Part shown: positions 49,619 through 62,689 of the stretch, one piece after another
Layout: each line of letters opens with the position of its first letter
How positions within the stretch are numbered: the stretch's first letter is position 1
Origin: Calcarisporiella thermophila CBS 279.70
Lineage: Eukaryota; Fungi; Calcarisporiellomycota
DNA length: 64,000 nt
Direction of reading: 5' to 3'
Assembly (NCBI RefSeq): GCF_041956535.1
Contig: NW_027192192.1
Coordinates: 7,388 to 71,387 of the forward strand
Position numbers and translations under genes: made by a program
The notes under the pieces: model-generated
The model's database searches: none
Told to the model about the DNA's origin: nothing
What the model saw: only the letters and a program-made list of their open reading frames with translations

Positions 49619-52600
49619 ATGCAGTCTTCTAGTATCAATACGATTCGTGCCGATAAACAAGGGGTAGTTCTCGCGGGAATTACAAACGGAAACGTTAGTG
49701 TTACTGTTAATGGCAAGTAAAAATTAAAATCGTCAGGAACAAATGGCAACATTACTGCAGTTGAATAATTTTTGGATTCTTGGAATATTTAGCAAATAGC
49801 TCAAGTAACCCTACTCTTAGCTCTAGAGTCTTCAAAGTGCCTCCACGAAATACGCGATATGTTAACCGGTTTCAACTAATGAAGCATTTGGAAGATGTAA
49901 TTGAGATGATGAAAAAGAATCAAAACTATGAACCTATTGCGTTATGTGGACTTGGAGGAGTAGGAAAATCGCAAGTAGTGCTGGAGTATTGTTACCGTAA
50001 AAAAAGTGAGTTTCGGTATATCTTTTGGTTGGAAGCCGACAAAGAATCGACCTTGCAGAGTGCATTTGTTGACGCTGCGCGGAGGCTCAATTTAGTACCT
50101 ATTGGTTCGCATATCGTTAATCCTGGGGACGTTTTGTCTTATGTGATCGAATGGCTGCAAAATAATGACGGATGGTTAATTGTTTATGATAATGCGGATG
50201 ATTTTTCTCTTGGAAACACTTCGAATCCTTACTTTTTGCAGACAAACTATTTCCCACAAAATGGGAATGGAGTCATTTTGATGACGACTCGCCTCCGTAA
50301 CATCGTGCACCGAGCAGTGCCCATTGATATGGAAGATTATCCAATGGAGGACGAAGCTGCATTGAAACTGCTTGGAAAAGATGCAAGTGTACCATACGCT
50401 CTGGAGCTTATTAATGAGCTTGAATATCTGCCTCTCGCTATCGATTTAGCTGGTGCTTCTATGAAAATTGATAACCATCTGTCGCCTGAAAAATATCTCA
50501 TTAGCTATAGGAGTTCTGCAGTCAGATGTCTCAGACATTTGGATCTTCAGGAGATAGCAGAGCTAACCGGTTCCGCCTACGGAAAAACTGTACTGACTGT
50601 GTGGGTGGACACATTTCGCCGGATAAAACAAAGGAGTGCTTTAGCGGCGAGTCTCCTCCGGACAATTGCTTTGCTTTATCCTGACAATATCCCAGAAGAT
50701 TTATTATATAAACTCTCTCTGCTGGATCTTGGCTCCACTATTGAAGATGCTCGTAGAGATATTAACAAGGCCTTAAAACTATTAAAATCATTCGCGCTGT
50801 TACGGGAGACTCTAAGCGAAACTAACAATACGATGTTACATTCCAATCGATTTATGTCTATCCATCGGGTAGTTCAGAAGGTTACAATTTTGAAAATAGG
50901 AGAGGGGGAAAAAAGAGAACGGTACAAATGGGTTATTTTAGCACTGCGTCAAGTCATACCTGAGAGCTATGATGACTCTGACGAGCATTCGAGAAAAGCG
51001 TTGGAGATATATGCATCCCAGATCCGATATATTTGCCAGCAGTATGCACTATGTAAAGAGGAGCAGGAGAAACTCGAGGATTGCTCGAGCATACAGGAGG
51101 CGTTCGTATCTATACTCATTCCCACTGTTATATTCTTCGTAGGCAGGACTCTGTTTGAAGATGCCGAGTATCTTGCAAGGTTAGCAACCTCTGCCTCAGG
51201 AACATTAAAGGATTCAAATTATCTTGCTAGAGCCGAGAGCAGTCTATGCTACCTTTATTGGATGAAAGGAGATTTTGTGTTAGCGGAAAAACATTGCGAA
51301 AATTCGTTTGAAATTCGAGAAAAATTGTTAGGAATTGGTCATGAGCTTACAAGATCATCTCTGCACTACATGGGTTTCGTTAAGAGAAAACTGAATAAAT
51401 ATGGGACTGGGTTAAATAAATTATACCTAGCTGCCAGTGCACATTCGAATTTTCAAAAAGTGAAGTACGAATTTGGAAGAATCGATTTTACCCCTCTTCA
51501 TCGCGCTGTCCGGTATTATGATACCGAAAATATACGAAATATTGCCAATAAATATAGACATTATGTAGATACAAGCGATGCACAAGGAGCCACTCCTCTA
51601 CATCAGGCTACAAAACGGGGTAAAGAAGAAGTTGTGAGGATGTTGATTTCAGAGTTTGGAGCAGATGCAAATACTATAGACAGCAGTGGAAGAAGTCTAT
51701 TGCATTGGGCTGCAAAAGGAGGAAACGTTGAAGTTGTTAGGATGTTAGTGAAAGAGTTTGGTGCTGATCCGAAGAGAAGAGACGATCGGGAGTCAACTCC
51801 CCTGCACTTGGCTGCAGAACGAGGAAGAATAGCGGTCGTAAGGGAGCTAGTGGTTGAGTTTGGGGCAGATGTGAATAGTAAAGATATCCATGGTTATACC
51901 CCATTGCACAAGGCTGTTGAAAGAGGAAATGTAGAAGTTGTGACGGCGCTGGTTACCGAATTCGGGGCAAATGTGAATAGTAGAGCGAGTGAGGGAGAAA
52001 CTCCGTTGCATCGGGCCGTACAAAGTGAAAAAAACGAAATTGTGATGATGTTGGTGTCCGAGTTCAGAGCAGATATAAGAATTAAAGACAACGAGGGATG
52101 GACCCCATTGCATTGGGCCGCATTTCGATGCAACAGCAAAGCAGTGAAAGTGTTGGTAGCTGAGTTTGGGGCAGATGTGAATACAATAAATAGTAAGGGG
52201 AAAACTCCATTGCACTTGGCGGCAGGGTCCGGCAGTAATGAATTAGTTTTGATGCTGCTTACTGAACTTAAAGCGAGTGTGAATATTAAAGATAATGATG
52301 GAAATACTTCATTACACTTGGCTATAGAGAATGATGCTAAAGATGCTAACAACATAGTGAAGATATTGGTGACTGTGGGTAGAGCTGATTTGAATATTAA
52401 AAACAAGGCGGGAACAACTCCATTTCATTTGATAGTATCTAGTTGTTATGAAGACTTGAAAGTGTTAGTTACAGAGTTCGGAGCAGATGTGAATGTTATA
52501 GACTGCAATGGTAGAACTCTTTTGCATTGGGCTGCAATGCAGTTTTATAGTGGAGCTGTAGAAATGTTAGTTAAGGAGTTTGGTGCAGATGTGAATATTA

Positions 52601-53883
52601 GAGATAATAATGGAATCACTCCATTGCATTGGGCTGCACGCTACTCAAATATGGAAGTTGTGAGAATGTTGGTGGATAAGCATGGGGCAGATGTGAATAT
52701 TATAGATAACAATGGGAGCATTCCGCTATATTATGCTGCAGATAGTGGTAGAAATGAAGTTGTGAAAATGTTGGTGACTGAATTTGGGGCAAATGTAAAA
52801 ATCAAGGACAATAACGGGTGGACCCCGTTGCATAGGGCTGCAATTCGATGTAGCGGAGAAGTAGTGGGTATGTTGATAGCAGAGTCCGAGACAGGTGTGA
52901 ATATAATTGATAGCAAGGGATATTCACCATTGCATTGGGCTACAGTTTACGGAAATGATGAGGTTGTGAGGAGATTGGTGATAGAGTTCAAAGCAGACGT
53001 AAATATTCAAGACAACAATGGAGCAACCCCATTGCATTGGGCAGCACTTAGGTGTAGTGGCGAAGTCGTGAGGATATTAGTGACTAAGGGCAAAGGAGAT
53101 GTAAATTGTAAAGATATGAAAGGACGAACTCCATTGCATTGGGCTGCAACTTGTGATAAGACTGAGACTATGAGGGTATTAATTAAGGAGTTTGATGTAG
53201 ACGAGAATAGTGAGGATAAGAAGGGAAAAACTCCATTGCACTGGGCCGCAAAATATGATAGAATTGAAGCTGTGAGAGTTTTGGTCAAGGAATTTGGTGC
53301 AAAAGTGAATATTAAAGATAAGATTGGGAGAAATCCATTTTATCTGGCTACAAGATGGGGGAAAGAAGATGTTGCGGGGGTGTTGGTGACAGAGTTCGGA
53401 GCAGAAGTAAATATTAAAGATATCAAAGGCAGGACCCCATTGCATTGGGCAGCGTTGAAATGTGGTGACGATTTCTTAAAAATGTTGGTGATTGAGGGAA
53501 GGGTAGATGTTAATAGTAAAGACGATGAAGGAGCAACTCCGTTTTTGTGGGCAGTTTTTGGAAATAGAAGCGATGTTATAAGGATGCTTGTGAGAGAGTT
53601 TGGAGTAGATGTGGATAGTAGAGATAGGATGAGAAGAACTCCATTGCACTGGGCTGCAGCATGGGACAAGGCTGAAATTGCGAGGGTGTTGGTAAAGGAG
53701 TTTGGCGCAGGCGTGAATATTGAAGACAATGAAGGGAGAACTCCATTGTTCATTGCCGTAGAGAGGGGAAATAAAAAAGTAGTGGAGGTGTTCGTGACAG
53801 AGTTCGGGACAAATGTGAATGTGATAACCAACCATGGAGAAATATCGCTTTACGGAGTGCGGAATGAGGATGAAGCTAATTAA
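49619..53883 (+). CDS. Intact NLR: N-terminal amyloid-like motif exon (49619-49712) + NB-ARC + TPR-like helix pair + about 23 ankyrin repeats
   Basis: A phase-1 GC-AG intron (49713-49792) joins MQSSSINTIRADKQGVVLAGITNGNVSVTVN to ORF 49780..53883. P-loop GLGGVGKS, WLIVYDNAD, YLPLAI, IHRVVQ; 34-aa TPLH ankyrin repeats. Confidence 0.9.
51490..53860 (+). repeat. Ankyrin repeat array (102-bp period); related arrays at ~56070-57390 and ~60000-62420
   Basis: Recurrent TPLHxAAxxxxxxVVxxLVxEFGAxVNIKD units. Confidence 0.95.
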
Positions 53884-54194
53884 ACTTTGGAAGAAAGCAC
53901 ATAGTGATATTGAGGGCATACTTTATCCTTATTCTAATTAATATCAGAGATTATATTTTGCTTTGAACAAGTTTATAAAAGTTTCAGTGCGACATCAAAA
54001 GATTGTAAACATTTTAATATATTTAATATCTTGGTCTCATTTTTATCAAAGGATGAACAAAGGATTATGATAATGGATTAATATAACCCTAAAATAAAGT
54101 TTGTAAGCCATCTACTCACCAAAAGGCGAGAGAATTTCTATTTAACTGGCTTTGTTATTCCATGAGATACGTGAAGCGTAAAATTACCACTATA

Positions 54195-57100
54195 ATGCAA
54201 TCCTCCAGTATCGGCACGATTCATGCTGATAATCAAGGGGTAATCCTTGCTGGAAACACACGCGGGAACGTGAGCTTTTATCTGAATTGTAAGATGAAAA
54301 GTTCAAGTAATATAGATTTCAACATTAGAGCAGGTGCATAATTCCTGTATCCTTGTAACGTTTAGCAAATAGCTCAAGTGGCAATGTTAGTATTGGTGCT
54401 GGAGCTTTCAAGGTGCTTCCACGAAACTGGCGATTTGTTGACCGGCCTCAACTAATGAAGCGATTGGACGAAGAGGTTGAGATAATGAAGAAGAATCAAA
54501 AATATAAACCCATTGCATTATGTGGACTTGGTGGGGTAGGGAAGTCGCAGTTAGCACTAGAATATTGTTATCGTAAAAAGAATGAGTATCGTTATGTTTT
54601 TTGGCTGGAATCAGACAAAGAATCAATGCTACAGAGCGCTTTCCTTGACGTAGCCCGGAGACTAAAAATTGTACCTATTGGCTCGCATATAGTCAACCCT
54701 GAGGATATTTTACCTTGCGTGCTTGAATGGCTGCAATATAATGACGAGTGGCTACTTGTCTACGACAATGCTGACGACTATTCTTTAGGAAACCAATCAA
54801 ATCCCTTTTTTTTGCAGACAAAATACTTTCCGCAATATGGGAATGGAACCATTTTGGTGACAACTCGCCTCCGCTATCAGGGATACAGTATGGTACCCAT
54901 TTATTTTGAAGAATATCCGATGAGGGATGATGCAGCGTTAAGGCTACTCGGAAAGGATGAGGGCGTGCCTTACGCACTGGAACTCGTCAAAGAGCTCGAG
55001 TATTTACCTCTTGCTATAGACCTAGCCGGTGCTTCCATGAAAATGGATAGCATTCTCACACCCGAAAAATATCTTAGCAGCTATAGGAGCACTTCAGCTG
55101 AGTGTCTCAATTATTTGGATCTTCAGGAAATAGCAAAGTTAACCGACTCCAATTACGGAAAAACTGTACTGACCGTGTGGACAGACACATTCCATCGAAT
55201 AAAAAAGGGGAATCCCTTAGCCGCAAGTTTATTTCAATCCATTGTTTTACTTGATCCTGATAATATTCCTGTGGATCTATTTCATGATCAATATCAGATG
55301 GTCCTTGGTTCCAAGGACGAGAGAGACTCAAGGGAATTAAAAAGAGCTCTGATGCTCCTGCAAGATTATGGGTTGATACGAGAATCTCTATTCGAAGACA
55401 GAAATGCAGCTCTTTTCCCGAATGGATCGATATCCGTCCATCGAGTAGTTCAGAGAGTCACAGCTTTGGAAATAGAGGAAGTGGAAAAGAGAAAGCGTTA
55501 CGAACGGATAATCTTGGCATTGCGTCAAGTCGTCCCCGAGAACTATTATATATCTGATGATGGATCGAGAAAAATGATGGAGGTATATGCGCCTCATATT
55601 CTATACGTTGGCCAGCAATTTGCGCTCTGCAATGCAGTACCAGGAAATTTTGGGGAAAATTCAAACATTAAGGAAGAATTCGTATGCTTGCTTATTCCTA
55701 CTATAAGTTTCTTTGTTGGTAGGGCTCTGTTCGAAGAAGCCGAATATCTGGCCAAGCTTGCAGTTACTTCTTCGACCACCATAGAAGATCCACTTTATTT
55801 GGCTAAAGCTGAGAGCAGTCAGTGTTATCTTTTATCAATGAAAGGCGACTTCATCTCTGCAGAAAAGCACTGCAGAAACGCGTTGAAAATCCGAAAGAGC
55901 TTGTTAACAATCAAACACGAGCTCACACGATCCTCGATTCACTATCTGGACTTCATCTTGAAAAAGTTGGACGTACCTGATCCGAGTTTATCTTTTGAAC
56001 TTTGGATGGCCAAAGAAATTGCAAACTCCGTTGCGATAGAATATGAATACGGGAGAATTGATTTCACACCCCTTCATCGTTCAGTCGAGCACTTCGAATG
56101 CGAAGACATACGCAAGTTTGCCAAGCATTACAGGTCTTATGTGAATATAGGCGACAAAATAGGGGCAACTCCTTTGCATTGGGCAGCACGCTGGGGTAAA
56201 AATGAAGTTGTGAAGCTGTTAGTGACTGAGTTTGGTGCCACAGTAGATATTGAAGACGAGTGGAAAAGCACTCCGAGTTCGGTGCAAAAGTGAATATCAA
56301 AGACAATAAGGAAAGTATTCCTTTTCATCGGGCTGCATTAGAGGATAATGACGAAGTTTGTGGAGAAGTTGGTGATTGAGTGCGTCGCAAAGGTGTATAT
56401 CAGGGACAAAGTGAGAGGTACTACGTTACATTGGGTGGCAGAAAGGGATTATGTCAATGGATTTCCTGTGTATATTTTGGCCAATCAAGTTCACCGGCAG
56501 GAGCGGCCTGTCACAATTCATTGCAATTTATCAAGATCGAATGCTGGTAGAAGATCTCGGTGCAAAAATTTTTATCCGAGTCAACCATAGAAAAACCTCG
56601 TTGCATTGGGCAGCAAGAGAGGGTAGAGCTGAAGCTGTAAGGGTGTTAGCGACCGAGTTCGAAGCAGAAGTGAACATCAGAGACAGTGAGAGAACATCTC
56701 CATTACATTTGGCATCATGTAATTGTAGCGGTGAAATTGTGAAAATGCTGGTGACTGAATGTGGTGCAGAAGTGAATGTTAAGAACAGAGATGGAAGAGC
56801 TCCGTTGCATTTAGCAGCAAAAGGAGGGATGGACGGAGTTGTGATGATACTGGTGGCCGAATGCAGTGCAGAGGTGAATATCAAAGATAATGAGGGCAGA
56901 GCTCCACTGCATTTGGCAGCAGAGGCAGGTATGGACGGAGTTGTGAAAATATTGGTGAACGAATTTGGCGCAGAGGTGTATATCAAAGAAAAGTAGGGGA
57001 GGACTCCACTGTATTTGGCAGCACAGGTGGGTAAGGACGAAACTGAGAAGATGTTGGTAACCGTGTTCAATGCAAAAGTGAATATCAAAGACAATTGGAG

Positions 57101-57395
57101 AGGCACTCCGCTGCATTGGGCAGCGCATAAGTGTAATGGCGAAGTTGTGAAGGTGTTGGTAGCCGAGTTTGGTGCAGAGGTGAATACTAAAGATGAAGAG
57201 GGAAGAACCCCACTGCATTTGTCAGCAGAAAGGTGTAATTACAGAGTTGTGAAGATGTTGGTAACTGAGTTCGGTGCCGAAGTGAATATCCAAGACAGAT
57301 GGGGAGGGACACCAATGCATTTAGCAGCAGAAGGGGATAGGGACGAAATTGTGGAAATGACCGAGTTCGGTGCAGAGTTGCATATCGCAATCTAA
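54195..57395 (+). pseudogene. Paralogous amyloid-motif NB-ARC-ankyrin NLR, disrupted in the ankyrin region (may encode a truncated protein ending at 56293)
   Basis: Exon 1 is 54195-54288, intron 54289-54365, and the NB-ARC is intact. A deletion/frameshift lies near 56275, with further breaks and a TAG at 56994-56996. Confidence 0.85.
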
Positions 57396-58118
57396 CATAG
57401 AAATCCTTGGAAAAGCTTGGAAAACCATTACAAGCTATTAAGAACCGATTGCAATAAGAACGAGAACACTAGAATAAATATTTGCAGAGTTATTATCTCT
57501 CCAAGATTTACTATACTAGGGATTGATTTACCTATATGGTTTGACCGGCCAAATTTCACCTCTATGTTTCTGTCTGAATCTCCCAAATCTAGTGAAAAAA
57601 AAGTGAACTGGAATTTCTCCGAGGCATCTAGAATACTTTATGAATTCAGTATTTTTATTCATTATGTTGGTATTTATCTAGTATAAAATTTTGATGATTA
57701 AACGCTGAGATTCAAGAAGATTATGAGATTTATTACTCCGGACTCTGAACTTTATAGGAGATATTAAATCTGAAAGTATTCCAGAAAATTTGATTCTTTA
57801 TTTTACAAATTCAGTATGACTGATCAAGCTCGGAATCTCGCAAATGGTACAACCAGGGAATGAGAATTAGAGGGGATGGAGACTGCACTTGTGATAAATA
57901 TAAAGAACGCTGCTAAAATTGAACTGCTCTATACCGAATCGATACAAAAAGGTTATAGTTTGATTAGTACAAGTAATTCTACAAAAGTGTCGTACAGAAA
58001 TATTAACCAACCAAATGATGCATATTATTCTTTAGCTGAATCATCTCAATTGACGAAAATTTACTCGGTCTCTTCATAATTCAACGCAAATTGCCGAGAT
58101 TGTAAAAACATCTTCAAA

Positions 58119-61100
58119 ATGAAGGGCCATCTATTACAGTCCTCTAGTATTGGCACGGTTCACGCTGATATCCAAAGAGTTGTCCTCGCAGGGAACACAA
58201 GAGAGAACGTAAATGCTATTATGAATCGTAAGAAACCAGCTCGAATAAAATAATTTTAACATTTATGCAGCTCCATAATCCAAGAACCATTGTATCTTTA
58301 GCTAATAGTTTAAGTAATGATCTACTTGGTTCCGGAATTTTCAAGGTGCCTCCACGAGATGAGCGATATGTTGATAGACCAAGACTAATGAAGCACTTGG
58401 ATGATGTAATCGAAAATACGAAAAAGAATCAATCCTGTAATTCTATTACACTCTGTGGTCTTGAAGGCGTGGGAAAGTCGCAGTTAGCATTAGAGTATTG
58501 CTACCGTAAAATGAATGAGTTTCGATATATTTTTTGGATGCCATCGGAAAATGAACTCTCTCTGCAGAGTGCTTTTGTTGATGTAGCGCAGAGATTCAAC
58601 CTGGCGTCAAAAGGTGCACATATAGTCGATCCTGGGAGTATTTTGATGCGTGTAGTCGAATGGCTGCAAAATAATGACGATTGGCTACTTGTTTACGATA
58701 ACGCTGATGACTTTTCTCTGGGGAACACATCCAATCCTTTCTATTTACAGACTAAATACTTTCCACAATGTAGGAATGGAATCATTTTGGTGACGACTCG
58801 CTTCCGTGATAAAGCTCACATGACAATACCTATTTACTTGGAAAAATATTCAATGGATAACGAAGAAGCATTGAAGTTGCTTGGAAAAGATTCAAGTGCT
58901 CCCTATGCATTAGAACTCATTAAAGAGCTTGGTTATCTGCCTTTAGCTACTGATATAGCTGGTGCATCTATGAGAATGGATGAGGATCTGTCGCCTGAAA
59001 TATAACTCAAAAACTATAGCTCTTCTGCTGGATGTCACAATCATCTGGGTCTTCAGGAGATAGCAGAGCTGACCGGGTCCTCCTACGGAAAAATTTTGTT
59101 GACAGTGTGGACGGACGCATTTGGCCGGATAAAAAAACGAAACCCGTTGGCTGCTAACCTACTCCAGTTAATTGCCCTATTCTATCCTTATAATATCCCA
59201 ATAGAGTTCTTCTATAATCAACCCATGATGTTTCTTGGCCCCGATAGAGAGTATGGACGAGAAGAATTATCTAAAGCCCTTAAGCTATTGCAAGCTTTTG
59301 CGTTGATACGGCAGTCATTACAAGAAGAAGGCAGTGAAGAACCTTTCTCCCGAGGCATGGTGTCAATCCATCCCGTAGTTCAAAGGGTCACAGCATTGGA
59401 CATGGAAGAGATGGAAAAGCAAAAACGTTTCAAATGGATTATATCAGCTTTGCGAAAAGTCATCCCTGAAAGCTATGACGAATCTAATGAGCATTCAAGA
59501 AAAGTGATGGAAATATGCGCACCCCAAATTCGCTACATTTGCCAGCAATTTACTCTACGTAAAGTATCGGAAGAAGAACCTGAGGAAAATTCGAATATTA
59601 TTGAAGAATTCGTATCGTTGCTTATTCCTACTGTAATATTCTTGGTTAGAAGGGGTTTGTTTGAAGATGCTGAATATCTAGCCAAGCTGGCAGTTTCTGC
59701 TTCGAATGCCATAAAGCATCCACTCAATTTGGCCAGAGCTGAGAGCTGTCTATGCTACCTCTTTTTGATAAAGGGAGACTTCATTTCGGCGGAAGTGCAC
59801 TGCAGAAATGCTTTGGATATTCGCAAGAGAGTGTTAACTTTCGGACACAAGCTCACATGATCCTCTCTGCATTACTTGAAATTCATCTTGAAAAAGTTGA
59901 AAATAACTGATGGTGCAATATTTAAGGAAATGGAGAATCGCGATGGTATTTCACATTCGCCAACATTAGAGTACGAATTTGGTAGGGTTGATTTCACACC
60001 CCTTCATCGCTCCGTCCAGTACTATGAATGCGAGGACATACGTAAGTATGCCGAGAGATATAAGTGTTTTGTGGGTACTGGCGATGAAGAAGGAACAACT
60101 CCTTTGCATTTGGCAGCGCAACTGGGTAGAGTCGAAGTGGTGAGGATGTTGGTATCCGAGTTCGATGCAAAAGTGAATATCAGAGACGAAAATATAAGGA
60201 CTCCGTTGCATTTGGCAGCACAACAAGGTATGGGTGAAGCAGTGAGGGTGCTGGTGTCCGAGTTCGGTGCAGAAGTGAACATCAAAGACAAAAACGGTAG
60301 AACACCTTTGCATTTGGCAGCCGAAGAGGGTAAGGACGAAGTAGTGAGGATGTTAGTGACTGAATGCGGTGCATTGGTGAACATCAAAGACATCCTGAAT
60401 CAAACTCCATTGCATTTGGCAGCGCTAGGAGGTATGAACGGGGTTATGAAGACGTTGGTGACTGAGTTCGGTGCAATTGTGAATGTCAGAGACAGGTGCA
60501 ATAATATTCCACTGCATTACGCAGTGGATAAATGTAGTTGTGAAGTAGTGAGGATGTTGGTGACTGAATTGGGTAGAGAAGTGAATATCAAAGGCGAATG
60601 GGGAAAGACTCCACTGCATTTGGCAGCACAATGGGGTAAAGCCGAAATAGTGAGGATATTGGTGACCGAGTTCGATGCCAAAGTGAATATCAAAGATAAC
60701 ATAGGACGCACTCCGTTGCATTGGGCAGCACAAGAGGATAGGAGCGAAGTTGTAAAAAGGTTGGTGACCGAGTTCGGTGCCGAAGTGAATATTAAGGACG
60801 AGTCGGGAAGCACTCCATTGCATTTCGCAGCAGAAAGAGGTAGCGACGAAGTTGTAGAGTGGTTGGTGACCGAACTCGGCGCAGAGATGAATATCACAGA
60901 CGACGAAGGAAAAACTCCACTACATTGTGCAGCAAAAGGAGGTAGTAGCAAAGTTATGAAAATTTTGATGATCGAGTCCGGTGCAGATGTGAATATCAAA
61001 GACATGGAGGGAAACACTCCATTGCATTTCGCGGCAGAAGGAGGTATGGATGGAGTTGTGAAGATGTTAATAACCGAGTTCGGCGCAGATGTGAATATCA

Positions 61101-62442
61101 AAAACAATTGGGGAATTACTCCACTGTTTTTGGCGGCGAATAAATGGAACAGCGAAGTTGTGAAAATGTTGGTGACCGAGTTCGGTGCAGATGTGAATAT
61201 CAAAGACACAATGGGATCAACTCCATTGCATTTGGTTGCAGAAGGAGGGTTGGACGAAGCTGTTAAGATATTGGTGTCCAAAGGTGCAGAAGTGAATATA
61301 AAAGACTGGCATGGAATTACTCCACTACACTGGGCAGCCTATAATTGTAGCCGCGAAGTTGTGGAGAGGTTGGTGAGCGGGTCCGATTCAGACGTGAATA
61401 TCAAAGATAATAAATTGGGAAACACACCCCTGCATAACGCAGCACAATTGGGAAGGGACGATATTGTTAGGATATTAGTGAGCAAATTTGGTGCAGAAGT
61501 GAATATCAAAGACAACCAAGGAAGAACTCCGCTGCATTTGGCAGCACAGTTGGGTAGAGATGAGGTTGTGAAGATGTTGATATCCGAATTCGGTGCAGAA
61601 GTCAAAATCAAAGACGAAGATCGTGGATCTACTCCACTGCATTGTGCGGCGTATAATTGTAGTGGCGAAGTCGTGAGAATGTTGGTGAGCGAGTTCAGTG
61701 CAGAGGTGAATATCAAAGATGAAGAGGGGAGTACTCCGTTGCATACGCAGCACAGAGGGGTAGAGACGATATTGTGAAGATGCTAATGATCGAGTTCGGT
61801 GCAGAGGTGAATATCAAAGATAAAAAAGGAAGGACTCCGGTGCATTTGGCATCGGAGAATTGTAGGCGCGAGGTTGTGGAGATGTTGGTGAGCGAGTTTG
61901 GTTCAGAGGTGAATATCAAAGATAATGAGGGCAAAACTCCGTTGCACTTTGCAGCAGAATGGGGTAGGAGTGATATTGTTAGGGTATTGGTGAGCAAGTT
62001 TGGTGCAGAAGTGAATATCAAAGACAAACGGGGAAAAACTCCGTTGCATGTGGCAGCAGAGCTGGGTGGCATCGATGTTGTGAAGATGTTGGTGACCGAG
62101 TTCGGTGCAAAAGTCAATATCAAAGACGAAGATGGAGAAACTCTGTTACATATAGTAGCAGGGGGAGGGGGTAATGAGGATATTGTTAGGATGTTGGTGA
62201 CCGAGTACGGCGCAGAAGTGAATATCAAAGACAAAAGGTGGGGAAAAACTCCACTGCATTGGGCAGCAGAATTGGGCAGAGACGATATTGTTAGGATGTT
62301 GGTGACAGAGTTCCATGCTGAAGTCAATATCAAAGATGAAGGCGGAAAAACTCCATTACATTTGGCAGCACGGTGGGCGAACGACGATGTTATGAAGTTG
62401 TTGGTGTCTGAGTTCGATGAAGAGAAGGGTATCGACGACTAA
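58119..62442 (+). pseudogene. Third amyloid-motif NB-ARC-ankyrin NLR paralog, pseudogenised
   Basis: Exon 1 is 58119-58227, intron 58228-58301. P-loop altered to GLEGVGKS; stop at 59003-59005; TGA at 59858-59860 (CGA in paralog 2); frameshift at ~61745. Confidence 0.88.
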
Positions 62443-62689
62443 CATAGAAGATCTTTAATTAATTAGGGCGCAATATGAAAAAGGAGGAAACTAGAAATGG
62501 TGGCTGATTTCAATATAGCTATGCATAATGAATATTGTTTAAATATTTGAAATAGAATTTATTTCAATCAAATTGCTAAGTGGTTTCTAGCTATACCAAT
62601 ACAAGTAAATATATAGAAAAAAAGGAATTGAATATCCTCTGAATAATGCGAAGAGAAAGCTAATATTTCTCTTAGTCAACACGCTGGTT

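Noticed and set aside
49780-49800. ORF-track starts of the NLRs (49780, 54413, 58265)
   Set aside because: The 49780 and 58265 starts fall inside introns and 54413 is an internal GTG. The real starts are in the upstream motif exons.
51847-62333. Many minus-strand ORFs (e.g. 51894..52406, 53340..53831, 60517..61281, 61713..62333)
   Set aside because: These are antisense shadows of the ankyrin repeats and have no independent coding signal.
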